From contig CAZTRF010000001.1 of assembly GCA_964616495.1 (NCBI GenBank), positions 3,759 through 66,884 of the forward strand: 63,126 nt of DNA, written 5' to 3'. Shown in pieces: positions 47,147 to 56,844 of the stretch (the stretch's first letter is position 1; each line of letters starts with the position of its first letter). The DNA is from an uncultured Muribaculaceae bacterium. GTDB taxonomy: Bacteria; Bacillota_I; Bacilli_A; RF39; UBA660. The position numbers were made by a program, and so were the translations under genes. The notes below the pieces were generated by a model. It worked only from the letters and a program-made list of their open reading frames with translations, had not been told where the DNA came from and made no database searches.

Positions 47147-49759
47147 ATGTGGAAAGAACTTTCTAAAAAAACTAAAATGATCATTATTGGAATATTGTCT
47201 ATTACCATTCTTTTAGTAGTGGGAATAACCTATGCCTATTTTACAGCAGCCACCGTAGGAGGAAACGCCAGTGCCAATTCAATCCAATTACTAACTGGTA
47301 CTCACGGAAATATAACTGTTAATTATCTTAATGGGAATGGCCTTATTAATATGAATAATGTTGATTTAAAAGAAAATGAAAAAGGAACCATAAAAAAAGA
47401 AATGGTTAAGTTTAGTGTAAATTATCCCGGCAGTGAAGAAGAAAATATATCAATTAATTGGAAAGAAGTAACTAATAACTTTTGTCAATATCAACTGGGA
47501 AATATATGTACTAATAACGATGAAGACAACTATGTTGGAGATGAAATATATTTTGATTTATATGAGTGCAATACTCAAAGTGATTTACAAAATGCCACTA
47601 CAACTATTTTGAATAATTGTACAAATATAACCAATGAAAATAATAGTGCGCCTTTAACCGGGGAAGAAAAACAATTACAAAATGTAGAAGTTATCCCAAT
47701 AATTAATGAAGTTAAATATTATATAATGATTTTAAATATTAATAATCTAAATGTTTTGCAAGACTATAATCAAGGAAAAGCCTTTCAAGGAAGAATTGAA
47801 GTTGTCCTTCGTAATGAGTTTGTTTTAACTTTAAACTTAAATGGAGGGGTTAGTGAAGATTTATTAACTCAAAACATTCGAACTGGTGAAACCATTATTC
47901 TTACCGAGCCAACTAAAGAAGATTATACTTTTATCGAATGGAAAGTAAATGTAGGAGGAACCGATGCTTTATTATCAGGAAATACTTTTACTATGGGTAA
48001 AGAAAATACAACCTTAAAAGCAATTTTTGCAAAAACCATCACTGAATTTTCAGCTAATAACTTAATTACTTATGAAGAATTTAATCCAGAAGCAGATGGT
48101 TATTATAAAGTAGAACTATGGGGTGCAAAAGGTGGAAATTCTAATTATACTGGCGGAGCTGGAGCTTATGTTAGTGGTAGCATTGAAATGAAAGAGGGAG
48201 AAACCTACTATATTTATATTGGGGGTTTAGGTAACCTCACAAGTACCGGTGGATATAATGGTGGAGGAAGAGGGCAAAGCAAGAATCCATCTGGAATGAG
48301 TGGTGGTGGTGGTGGAGCCACTGACATCAGGTACTTTGGTAACATAACCCCTTCGGCAGAGGAATTATTATGGAATTCTTCTTTAGGACTTAACTCTAGG
48401 ATTATGGTTGCTGGTGGCGGAGGTGGCGGTGGAAATAACGGTGACGGAATAAGTGGCAATGGTGGAGCTGGTGGAAATACAATTGGTGGAAGCGGAACTT
48501 CATCAGGTTCTGACTGTTGTGGAAATTCTGCAAATGCTAGTTATAATGGAAAAGGTGGTTCCCAAATTGCTGGGGGTAGTGGCGGTATGGCAGCTGGCAG
48601 TTTTGGTGTTGGAGCAATTGATTCTAATGTCAAAGGCGGTTCTGGTGGCGGTGGCTACTATGGAGGAGGCAGCGGATATTATGGCGGTGGCGGTGGCGGT
48701 GGTAGCTCATATATAAGTGGCTCTTTAGGAAGTATAGCTATTACTGCATCTGACAATCGTACCGCTAAGTGTAGTGCTGAAGTTGCTGCATCAGATTTAA
48801 CTTGCTCTTTCCACTATAGTGAAAAAGCATTTTACTTAACCACTATGAATCAAGGAACGAATTCAGAAGCGGGAAAGGCAAAGATAACTTATGTAGGAAA
48901 ACAATTAAATGTTCCAAGTTATAATATTAGTACTACCACAACTTCCAGTAGTCCTTTAATTATCGATTACATGAATACTTATCAAGAAATAAACGTCTTG
49001 TCTTCAGGATATTATAAAATAGAATTATGGGGAGCAAGTGGAGCAACATATAGCACAAGCTGGGCGCCTTCTGGAAAAGGTGGCTATACGCAAGGCACAA
49101 TATACATGGAGCAGGGAGAAAAATACTACGCTTTTGTTGGAAGCGAAGGACTAAGAAGAAATACCATTAATGGTGGTTATAATGGGGGTGGCGAGGCCTT
49201 AAGTAACTATGCTGCTGGTGGTGGTGGAGCCACTGATATTAGGTACTTTAGTACAACACCGTCTATTGAACAATTACAATGGAATTCCCCTTTAGGATTA
49301 AATAATCGTATTATGGTAGCTGGTGGTGGCGGTGCTGGTGGCTATAATGGAGATAATAAATATGGTACTGGTGGGGCTGGTGGAGGATTAACCGGTGGTA
49401 CAGGAACTATTGGAATTTTAAATTCGACCTATTGGGTTGTAGAAGCAGATTCTTCTAGCAATTGGACAAGAGGTACCGGAGGAACACAAAATGCTGGAGG
49501 AACCAATTATCCAGTAGGAGGCTTTGGTGTTCCAGGAACTCCAGGAGGAACAACATATTCTGGGGCTGGTGGTGGTTATTATACTGGTGGTGGCGGTTAT
49601 TATGGTGGTGGTGCTGGTGGCGGATCTTCATATATTAGTGGCCATTCAGGATGCACAACCCATTTAAATGGCAAAACTTTTGCTTCTACTGAAACTACTT
49701 CAGGAGTAAAATCTGGGAATGGTCAAGCCAAAATAACATATATTGGAAATAGTCTTTAA
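47147..49759 (+). CDS. 870-aa secreted protein: SipW/TasA-type signal + TasA-like N-domain + Flg_new repeat + two tandem ALK/LTK-type glycine-rich (PF12810-like) domains
   Basis: Signal ...LLVVGITYAYFTAA. Flg_new repeat LTLNLNGGV...PTKEDYTFIEWK. The first Gly-rich copy (about 48035-48905) reads YYKVELWGAKGG...GGAGAYVSG...GETYYIYIGG...GGYNGGGRG...GGGGGATDIRYF...RIMVAGGGGGGG...KAKITYVG. The second copy (about 48950-49756) reads YYKIELWGASG...GGYNGGGEA...GGGGATDIRYF...RIMVAGGGGAGG...QAKITYIG. Confidence 0.8.
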   Translation: MWKELSKKTKMIIIGILSITILLVVGITYAYFTAATVGGNASANSIQLLTGTHGNITVNYLNGNGLINMNNVDLKENEKGTIKKEMVKFSVNYPGSEEENISINWKEVTNNFCQYQLGNICTNNDEDNYVGDEIYFDLYECNTQSDLQNATTTILNNCTNITNENNSAPLTGEEKQLQNVEVIPIINEVKYYIMILNINNLNVLQDYNQGKAFQGRIEVVLRNEFVLTLNLNGGVSEDLLTQNIRTGETIILTEPTKEDYTFIEWKVNVGGTDALLSGNTFTMGKENTTLKAIFAKTITEFSANNLITYEEFNPEADGYYKVELWGAKGGNSNYTGGAGAYVSGSIEMKEGETYYIYIGGLGNLTSTGGYNGGGRGQSKNPSGMSGGGGGATDIRYFGNITPSAEELLWNSSLGLNSRIMVAGGGGGGGNNGDGISGNGGAGGNTIGGSGTSSGSDCCGNSANASYNGKGGSQIAGGSGGMAAGSFGVGAIDSNVKGGSGGGGYYGGGSGYYGGGGGGGSSYISGSLGSIAITASDNRTAKCSAEVAASDLTCSFHYSEKAFYLTTMNQGTNSEAGKAKITYVGKQLNVPSYNISTTTTSSSPLIIDYMNTYQEINVLSSGYYKIELWGASGATYSTSWAPSGKGGYTQGTIYMEQGEKYYAFVGSEGLRRNTINGGYNGGGEALSNYAAGGGGATDIRYFSTTPSIEQLQWNSPLGLNNRIMVAGGGGAGGYNGDNKYGTGGAGGGLTGGTGTIGILNSTYWVVEADSSSNWTRGTGGTQNAGGTNYPVGGFGVPGTPGGTTYSGAGGGYYTGGGGYYGGGAGGGSSYISGHSGCTTHLNGKTFASTETTSGVKSGNGQAKITYIGNSL

Positions 49760-50931
<1,172 letters not shown>

Positions 50932-50971
50932 TTAACTATTTGATAATATTTAAAAGTAGGGAAGTGGGATT

Positions 50972-51283
50972 ATGAATATTAAAAAAGTTATAATAATAAT
51001 GACTATTATAGCAATATTTTTAATAATAGGAATTCCTACTATGGCCAAATTAAAAGATGAACAAGATAAAAGTATTGAATTGGTTATTACAAATAAGATA
51101 AAAGATAATGCTAATAGGTGTTGGAATACCAACACCTGTACCTCTAATAAGGTTTATCTAAAAGACTTATATAATTTAGGATATTTAGAACAGATTATTA
51201 ATCCTAAAACTAAAGAATATATAAGCGAAGAGTCATATGCTATTAAAGAAAGTAACTTAGTAAAGGTAACTATTATTTATTAA
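50972..51283 (+). CDS. Small membrane-anchored protein with pilin-like layout but no prepilin cleavage motif
   Basis: The N-terminal hydrophobic helix VIIIMTIIAIFLIIGIPTM is followed by KLKDEQDKS...LKDLYNLGYLEQIINPKTKEY, reminiscent of ComGC-type pseudopilin bodies. No G-F-T-L-I-E motif is present. Confidence 0.35.
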   Translation: MNIKKVIIIMTIIAIFLIIGIPTMAKLKDEQDKSIELVITNKIKDNANRCWNTNTCTSNKVYLKDLYNLGYLEQIINPKTKEYISEESYAIKESNLVKVTIIY

Positions 51284-51644
51284 TAGTTTCTTTTTTTTGA
51301 GCTTTTCCAATCATCCCGCCTAATACGTTGAATAAAGCTATTATTGAATAATAAGTTAATAGCTTTAAGTTATAGTTTGGATTATAAAAAATAAAATTAA
51401 TAATATATAAAATTAATATTGATAATACTCCTATTTTAAGCCCTTCAAAATACCCCTTTTTAGTAGTTTTTTTACCATGAACTAGTCCAGTCATTAATGA
51501 TAACACTCCTACCAATATAATCATCAAAATGGATATTAAATTGCTTTCTAAGCCTATTAATTGCAATAATGATAACAAAAGACTTATTAATAGAATGCCA
51601 CCTATATAAATTCCAATACATTTTAAATATTTTAATAGTTTCAT
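51273..51644 (-). CDS. Small multi-TM membrane protein (YrzE/TIGR04086-like)
   Basis: 123 aa with 4 predicted TM helices. It sits next to tgt and a DUF421 gene, as yrzE does in the Bacillus tgt region. Confidence 0.45.
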   Translation of the reverse strand: MKLLKYLKCIGIYIGGILLISLLLSLLQLIGLESNLISILMIILVGVLSLMTGLVHGKKTTKKGYFEGLKIGVLSILILYIINFIFYNPNYNLKLLTYYSIIALFNVLGGMIGKAQKKETINK

Positions 51645-51707
51645 AATTCACCTAATTAATATTATGACTAAAATATTAAAATATGTTTCATAATAGTGAT
51701 AGGTGAT

Positions 51708-52358
51708 ATGATGGAATTATTAAATATTGTATTTAGGACCGGATTTTTTTATTTTTTTATTGTTATTGCTTACCGCATAATGGGTAAAAGAGAAGTAGGG
51801 CAATTAGGAATTATCGATTTAATAGTCTCTATTTTAATAGCTGAATTAGTAGCTATAAGTATCGAAAAAATTGAAAATAATATTTTATTTACCATTATTC
51901 CAATATTGCTTTTAGTTATTTTAGAAGTAATATTGGCTAAAATATCTTTAAAATCTAGAAAATTTAGAAGTATGATTAGTGGCAAACCATCAACAATTAT
52001 CTTAAATGGTAAAATTAATTATAAAGAAATGGTTCGTCAAAGATACTGCCTAGATGATTTATTGCTTCATTTAAGACAATTAAAAGTTAAGAGTCTAGAT
52101 GAAGTGGAGTATGCTGTCTTAGAAACAAATGGTAAATTATCGGTATTTAAATATAATTTGTTTAAAACTAAAAGTAATTATCCCATCGCCCTCATTATAG
52201 ATGGTAAAATTCAATATCAAGCTTTAAAAGACCTTAATAAAACTCCCACTTGGTTAATTAAGAAAATAGAAGATATGAATATAAAAGTAGATGATATTTT
52301 TTATGCTTTTTATAAGAAACTAGGACTTTATATAATTAGAAATACTGATCTTAGATAA
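51708..52358 (+). CDS. DUF421 (YetF/YrbG-like) membrane protein
   Basis: N-terminal TM helices with YRIMGKREVGQLGIIDLIVSILIAE, then a soluble domain with LRQ.KV.SLDEVEYAVLETNGKLSV, typical of DUF421. Confidence 0.6.
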   Translation: MMELLNIVFRTGFFYFFIVIAYRIMGKREVGQLGIIDLIVSILIAELVAISIEKIENNILFTIIPILLLVILEVILAKISLKSRKFRSMISGKPSTIILNGKINYKEMVRQRYCLDDLLLHLRQLKVKSLDEVEYAVLETNGKLSVFKYNLFKTKSNYPIALIIDGKIQYQALKDLNKTPTWLIKKIEDMNIKVDDIFYAFYKKLGLYIIRNTDLR

Positions 52359-53642
52359 TTCTTTTTTTAGGAATGCATAGTTAAATCCTACTACAATAAA
52401 AATATTAATTATTTCACTAATAATTAAGCTATAAAGGCCTATTTTTAAATAAGAAAAAACTATTAAAGATAGACTTTTAATAATTGTTCCTATTAAAGTT
52501 ATTTTAAAGGTAGTGCCTGCCTTATCAATGGCCTGTAAACTGCTTATAAGGGGTCCCTCTAAATAAAAAATAGTAAAGAAAGGAATTAAGGCCTTTAAAT
52601 ATTTAATTCCTTTAGTGGTATTATAAACAGCCTCTAATATGGGATTGGCAAACAAAAAGATTAAAGTATTAATAGCAATACCAATTAATAAAGAAAAAAT
52701 AAGCCCTTCCTTAATTCTTTTTTTAACCATTCTAAAATTTCCTTGATAATAAAGTTTGCTTATTTCAGGTATAAGAGATTGACTAATGGCACTTATAAAA
52801 AAAGAAGGAATCATTAAAAGCGTAATAACATAGGCATTATAAATACCATATTCAGAAATAATAAAATGCTTGGAATAACCAACTGATAATAAAATGTTAG
52901 TCAAAATAATAGGCTCAAAAAAGTATCCAACATTGCCAATAAATCTTGATGATACAGTAGGAATACTTATTTTAAAAATTTCTTTAATGGTATATAAATC
53001 CGGTTTAACATCATTTTTAGTTATTTTGACTCTTTTAGGAAAATAAATAATAAAAATAATAATCGAAATAGTTTCAGATAAAATGCTTATTAAAATAAGC
53101 CCATTGACAGTAATTAAGGTTCCATATTTTAGTAATTTTGGTAATATTAAAAGAACTATTCCTAATTTAAAGGCTTGTTCAACGATATTAGAAATAGTAT
53201 GAGGCATCATTTGTTGTTTACCAAAAAAATATCCTCTAATTAAACTAGATAAACTAATAAAAGGTAAGACTAAACTCATCGATATTAGAAGTGTTTTGGT
53301 CTTTTCTTCATGTAATAGTACTTCACTAATATAAGAAGAAGAAAAAACAATAATTAAAATAATTATTAAATTAATACCTATAATAACAGGAACCATAGAA
53401 AGAAGAACATTAAGACTTCTTTTTTTACCTTCGGCTACCACCTTAGAAATGGCTATGGGAAGTCCTAAAGTAGCAATACTCACCATTAAACTATAACTAG
53501 GTATAACAAGCATATATAAAGCAATTCCTTCTTCTCCAACAATTCTTGTATAAACTATTCTAATAATAAAACCTAATAATTTAGTAAATACTCCTCCTAC
53601 CATTAAAATAAAGGTTGTTTTAAAAAATTTATTTTTAAACAT
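52320..53642 (-). CDS. MOP-superfamily flippase (SpoVB/MurJ-like polysaccharide biosynthesis protein)
   Basis: 440 aa with about 12-14 TM helices. The N-terminus reads FKTTFILMVGGVFTKLLGFIIRIVYTRIVGEEGIALY, as in SpoVB. Its position is syntenic with Bacillus spoVB. Confidence 0.7.
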   Translation of the reverse strand: MFKNKFFKTTFILMVGGVFTKLLGFIIRIVYTRIVGEEGIALYMLVIPSYSLMVSIATLGLPIAISKVVAEGKKRSLNVLLSMVPVIIGINLIIILIIVFSSSYISEVLLHEEKTKTLLISMSLVLPFISLSSLIRGYFFGKQQMMPHTISNIVEQAFKLGIVLLILPKLLKYGTLITVNGLILISILSETISIIIFIIYFPKRVKITKNDVKPDLYTIKEIFKISIPTVSSRFIGNVGYFFEPIILTNILLSVGYSKHFIISEYGIYNAYVITLLMIPSFFISAISQSLIPEISKLYYQGNFRMVKKRIKEGLIFSLLIGIAINTLIFLFANPILEAVYNTTKGIKYLKALIPFFTIFYLEGPLISSLQAIDKAGTTFKITLIGTIIKSLSLIVFSYLKIGLYSLIISEIINIFIVVGFNYAFLKKELSKISISNYIKS

Positions 53643-53725
53643 ATTTTCATCCTTTTATAAAACAAATAAATGTTATATAATAAAAATGTATGAAATAAAT
53701 TATAATTTATTAAGGAGTGTTCATT

Positions 53726-54013
53726 ATGGATGATATTAAATTTAGTTCTTTAACTGAGTTATACCAAAGAGTAAGCCCTGCTTTAAAATGTCGAGCCGAA
53801 GAAATTAGGAAACATAATATTCCTTATATAAAAGAAGAAGATATTTGGAACTATTTAAAAGAACATACTTGGAATACTTCAAAAGAGCTAACTCTTGACC
53901 AAATGGTTGATGATATTCTAAATGCCGATCATTATTTGGTTGATGAATATTTAAAAGATAAAATGGTACGAATTAAAAGAGAAGTCAATATTGATGATGA
54001 TAATCTTTTATAA
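53726..54013 (+). CDS. Post-transcriptional regulator ComN/YrzD-like small protein (tentative)
   Basis: About 95 aa, acidic, with the EEDIWNYLKEHTW segment. It is divergent from the spoVB-like gene, as yrzD is in Bacillus. ATG 53726 follows an AAGGAG RBS. Confidence 0.4.
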   Translation: MDDIKFSSLTELYQRVSPALKCRAEEIRKHNIPYIKEEDIWNYLKEHTWNTSKELTLDQMVDDILNADHYLVDEYLKDKMVRIKREVNIDDDNLL

Positions 54014-54022
54014 GGTGATGAA

Positions 54023-56170
54023 ATGGAAAAAAATATAACAATTGATGATTTAATTTCTAAAATGGATGGTTTAGTAGAATCTAAAAAAGAATTAGATGAT
54101 ATTAATGAGGCTTATCTGTTTGCTAAAGAAAGTCACAAAGGGAAAAAAAGAAAAACTAACGAGGAATTTATTACTCATCCTTTGAATGTGGCTTATATTT
54201 TAGCTGGTTTAAATGTTGACACCAAAACAATAGTAGCTGCTTTATTACATGAAACAATTAATCATGGTTCTTCTACTTATGAAAGCATCTGTGATACATT
54301 TGGGAGTGAAATAGCTAATATAGTTTTATCTATATCTAAAATTAACAAATTAGAATTAACCGATGATTCAGAATCATCAAGTATTTATTTAAGAAAAATA
54401 TTGGTAGGACTTTCAGAAGATGTTCGAGTTTTGTTTATAAAATTAGCCGATCGCCTTCACAATATGAGAACTGTTTATGCGTTAACACCGGAAGAACAAA
54501 AGCAAAAGGCCAACGAAACAATGAAAGTTTTAATTCCCATTGCCCATCGTTTAGGTATTAATAAAATTAAAAGTGAATTAGAAGACCTATGTCTAAAATA
54601 TTTAAAACCTGATGTTTATGCCGATATTGAAAAAGAATTGACTAAAGGTAGAGCCGAATTAAATGAAGTTTTAAATGAGATGAAAGAAAATATTTCTAAT
54701 ATTTTAATTGATTATGGGCTTCGTTTTGAAATAAAAGGCCGCGTCAAAAGCATTAATAGTATATATGAAAAATTGGCTAAAGGGCGTAAATTTAGTGATA
54801 TATATGATATTTTAGCTTTAAGAATATTGCTTCCTAAAGAAAATGATTGCTATTTAGCGGTAGGTCTTATCCATGCCAAATATCGTCCCATTCCTAAAAG
54901 ATTTAAAGATTATATTGCTATGCCTAAAGAAAATATGTATCAAAGTCTTCATACAACTGTCTTTGGGATAGATGGTTATTTATTTGAAATTCAATTACGT
55001 ACATATGAAATGGATGAAATAGCCGAAAAGGGGATTGCTTCTCATTGGTCATATAAAGAATCTGGTACTCAAAAAATTCAAAATATGATGGAACAAAAGC
55101 TAGAAATGTTCAGAAATCTAATTGAAGCAAATAGTGATACTTTAAATGATGAAACCCTTACTAATATCTCTAATGAATATATTAGTAATTTAATTTATGT
55201 CTATACTCCTAAGGGAGATGTCGTAGAGCTTCCCGAAGGGGCAACACCAATAGACTTTGCCTATCGAATTCACTCAGGAGTAGGAGATACAATGGTTGGA
55301 GCCTTAGTTAATGATCAAATAGTTCCTCTAGATCATAGTCTTTCTGATGGCGATATAGTTAAAATTAGAATTGATAAAAACTCTCATCCTAAAGAAGATT
55401 GGTTAAAAATTGTTAAAACCACTCAAGCCAAAGATAAAATAAAAGCTTATTTTAGTAAACAAGATAAAATTGAATATATAAAAAAAGGGGAGCTTTTATT
55501 AGATAAGGAACTTAAGAAAAGAAAAATATCAGCTAATAGTATTTTAGATGAGGAAGCTTTAAACAAAATATTTAAAGGTTTAAAATTAAAAGATTTAGAC
55601 GATTTATATTTAGCTATTGGAACATTAAGATATTTACCTAGTTATATTATTGAATACAATTCAAAAGAAAAAGATGAGTTAAAAGATCCTTTACTTATGA
55701 GAAATAGAGGAACTATTCTTAAAGAAAAAATTTATAATGGCAATATTATAGTAAGTGGCTGTGATGATATAAAAGTAACTATTGCTAATTGTTGCAAACC
55801 AGTTAAAGGAGACACCATAGTAGGATATATTACAAAGGGTCGAGGAGTAAGTGTTCATTTAAAAGATTGTCCTAATATTAGTAGTAACGAAGACCGCTTT
55901 ATTGATGTTAAATGGAATGAAGAAAATGATAACTTTTATTATACTGATGTTACTATTGAAACTGATTCTTTAAGTGATCATTTAATGGAAATAATTAGTA
56001 AGACTGGCCAAAAAGAAGTATTTATTGAAAGCATTAATAAAAAAGAAATAGAAAATGGAATTAATTATACTTTAACGGTCAAACTTAAAACTTTAAAAGA
56101 ACTAAACAGTTATCTTCTAGACTTAGAAAAACTAAACTATATTAAAAAAGTAGGGAGGACAAATAAGTGA
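54023..56170 (+). CDS. relA: Full-length RelA/SpoT homolog with intact synthetase and degenerate hydrolase site
   Basis: Synthetase motifs are GRVKSINSIYEKL, DIYDILALRILL, ENMYQSLHTTV, FEIQLRT and ASHWSYKE. TGS (VYTPKGDVVELPEGATPIDFAYRIH), ZFD (CCKP...GYIT.GRGVSVH..DC) and ACT-like domains are present. The HD-domain motifs read LLHETINHG and KRKTNEEF in place of LLHD..EDT and R.SGEPY. Confidence 0.9.
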   Translation: MEKNITIDDLISKMDGLVESKKELDDINEAYLFAKESHKGKKRKTNEEFITHPLNVAYILAGLNVDTKTIVAALLHETINHGSSTYESICDTFGSEIANIVLSISKINKLELTDDSESSSIYLRKILVGLSEDVRVLFIKLADRLHNMRTVYALTPEEQKQKANETMKVLIPIAHRLGINKIKSELEDLCLKYLKPDVYADIEKELTKGRAELNEVLNEMKENISNILIDYGLRFEIKGRVKSINSIYEKLAKGRKFSDIYDILALRILLPKENDCYLAVGLIHAKYRPIPKRFKDYIAMPKENMYQSLHTTVFGIDGYLFEIQLRTYEMDEIAEKGIASHWSYKESGTQKIQNMMEQKLEMFRNLIEANSDTLNDETLTNISNEYISNLIYVYTPKGDVVELPEGATPIDFAYRIHSGVGDTMVGALVNDQIVPLDHSLSDGDIVKIRIDKNSHPKEDWLKIVKTTQAKDKIKAYFSKQDKIEYIKKGELLLDKELKKRKISANSILDEEALNKIFKGLKLKDLDDLYLAIGTLRYLPSYIIEYNSKEKDELKDPLLMRNRGTILKEKIYNGNIIVSGCDDIKVTIANCCKPVKGDTIVGYITKGRGVSVHLKDCPNISSNEDRFIDVKWNEENDNFYYTDVTIETDSLSDHLMEIISKTGQKEVFIESINKKEIENGINYTLTVKLKTLKELNSYLLDLEKLNYIKKVGRTNK

Positions 56171-56616
56171 GAGTCCTAGTTCAAAGAAGCAAACATAGTA
56201 CGGTATCAGTTAATAATAAAATAGTAGGGGAAATTGATAAAGGATTAGTTCTTTTAGTAGGATTTACTCATCATGATACCGTTAAAGAGATTGACTATTT
56301 AATAAATAAAATAATTAATTTAAGAATTTTTGATGATGAAAATGGTATTATGAATAGAAGTGTTTTAGATGTTGGTGGAAGTGTTTTATCAATATCTCAA
56401 TTTACTTTATATGCTGATACAAAAAAAGGACATCGTCCTAGCTATTTAGAAAGTCTTAATAAAGAAGAAGCCAGCATTCTATATGATACCTTTAATGAGC
56501 GTATGTCAGATAAAATACTCTTGGAAAAAGGCATATTTCATGAAGAAATGTTAGTTAATATAGAAAATGATGGACCAATAACCATTATGTTAGATAGTGC
56601 TAATTACAAGATATAA
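56167..56616 (+). CDS. dtd: D-aminoacyl-tRNA deacylase
   Basis: MRVLVQRS...GLVLLVGF...SQFTLYADTKKGHRPS...NDGPITI. The GTG start overlaps the relA stop (GTGA). Confidence 0.9.
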   Translation: MRVLVQRSKHSTVSVNNKIVGEIDKGLVLLVGFTHHDTVKEIDYLINKIINLRIFDDENGIMNRSVLDVGGSVLSISQFTLYADTKKGHRPSYLESLNKEEASILYDTFNERMSDKILLEKGIFHEEMLVNIENDGPITIMLDSANYKI

Positions 56617-56654
56617 ATAAGAAAAAATTATAAAATAATATCAAAATATAAAGG

Positions 56655-56683
56655 TTGACTAAATTAATAAAAGATACTAAAAT
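56655..56683 (+). promoter_or_regulatory. Promoter of the hisS-aspS-gatCAB operon
   Basis: TTGACT (56655-56660), 17-nt spacer, TAAAAT (56678-56683). Confidence 0.5.
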
Positions 56684-56689
56684 ATAACT

Positions 56690-56838
56690 AGATTTCTATA
56701 AGAAAAGTTGACACCTTTTTATAAATTATAGAACGTAATAAATGCGTTAAATTAGAAATAAGAGTACTTCGGTAAAGTAAGGTGGCACCGCGGGGTTATC
56801 CCGTCCTTACAATAAAAGTACTTTTTTTAATAGGAGGA
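56690..56838 (+). promoter_or_regulatory. Compact T-box leader (tRNA-sensing riboswitch) with terminator
   Basis: The T-box core GGTGGCACCGCG lies at 56781-56792. A helix follows whose 3' arm (CCTTAC..AAAAGTACT) runs into T7 at 56822-56828, just before the hisS RBS. hisS-aspS is T-box controlled in Bacillus. Confidence 0.6.
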
Positions 56839-56844
56839 TTAAAT

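Noticed and set aside
48214-48716. Pro-rich antisense ORF 48214-48459 and alternative-frame ORF 48453-48716 within the second glycine-rich gene.
   Set aside because: The reasoning is the same as for the first gene. They are artefacts of the GGT/GGA-rich repeats in the 47147-49759 CDS.
56708-56713. TTGACA hexamer as the -35 box of a second hisS promoter.
   Set aside because: No acceptable -10 hexamer lies 16-18 nt downstream. The hexamer sits in the loop of the first leader hairpin instead.
56782-56844. The N-terminal extension of hisS given in the ORF track (MAPRGYPVLTIKVLFLIGGLN...).
   Set aside because: This stretch is the T-box core and terminator read as protein. The ATG at 56845 has a perfect AGGAGG RBS and yields the canonical HisRS N-terminus.
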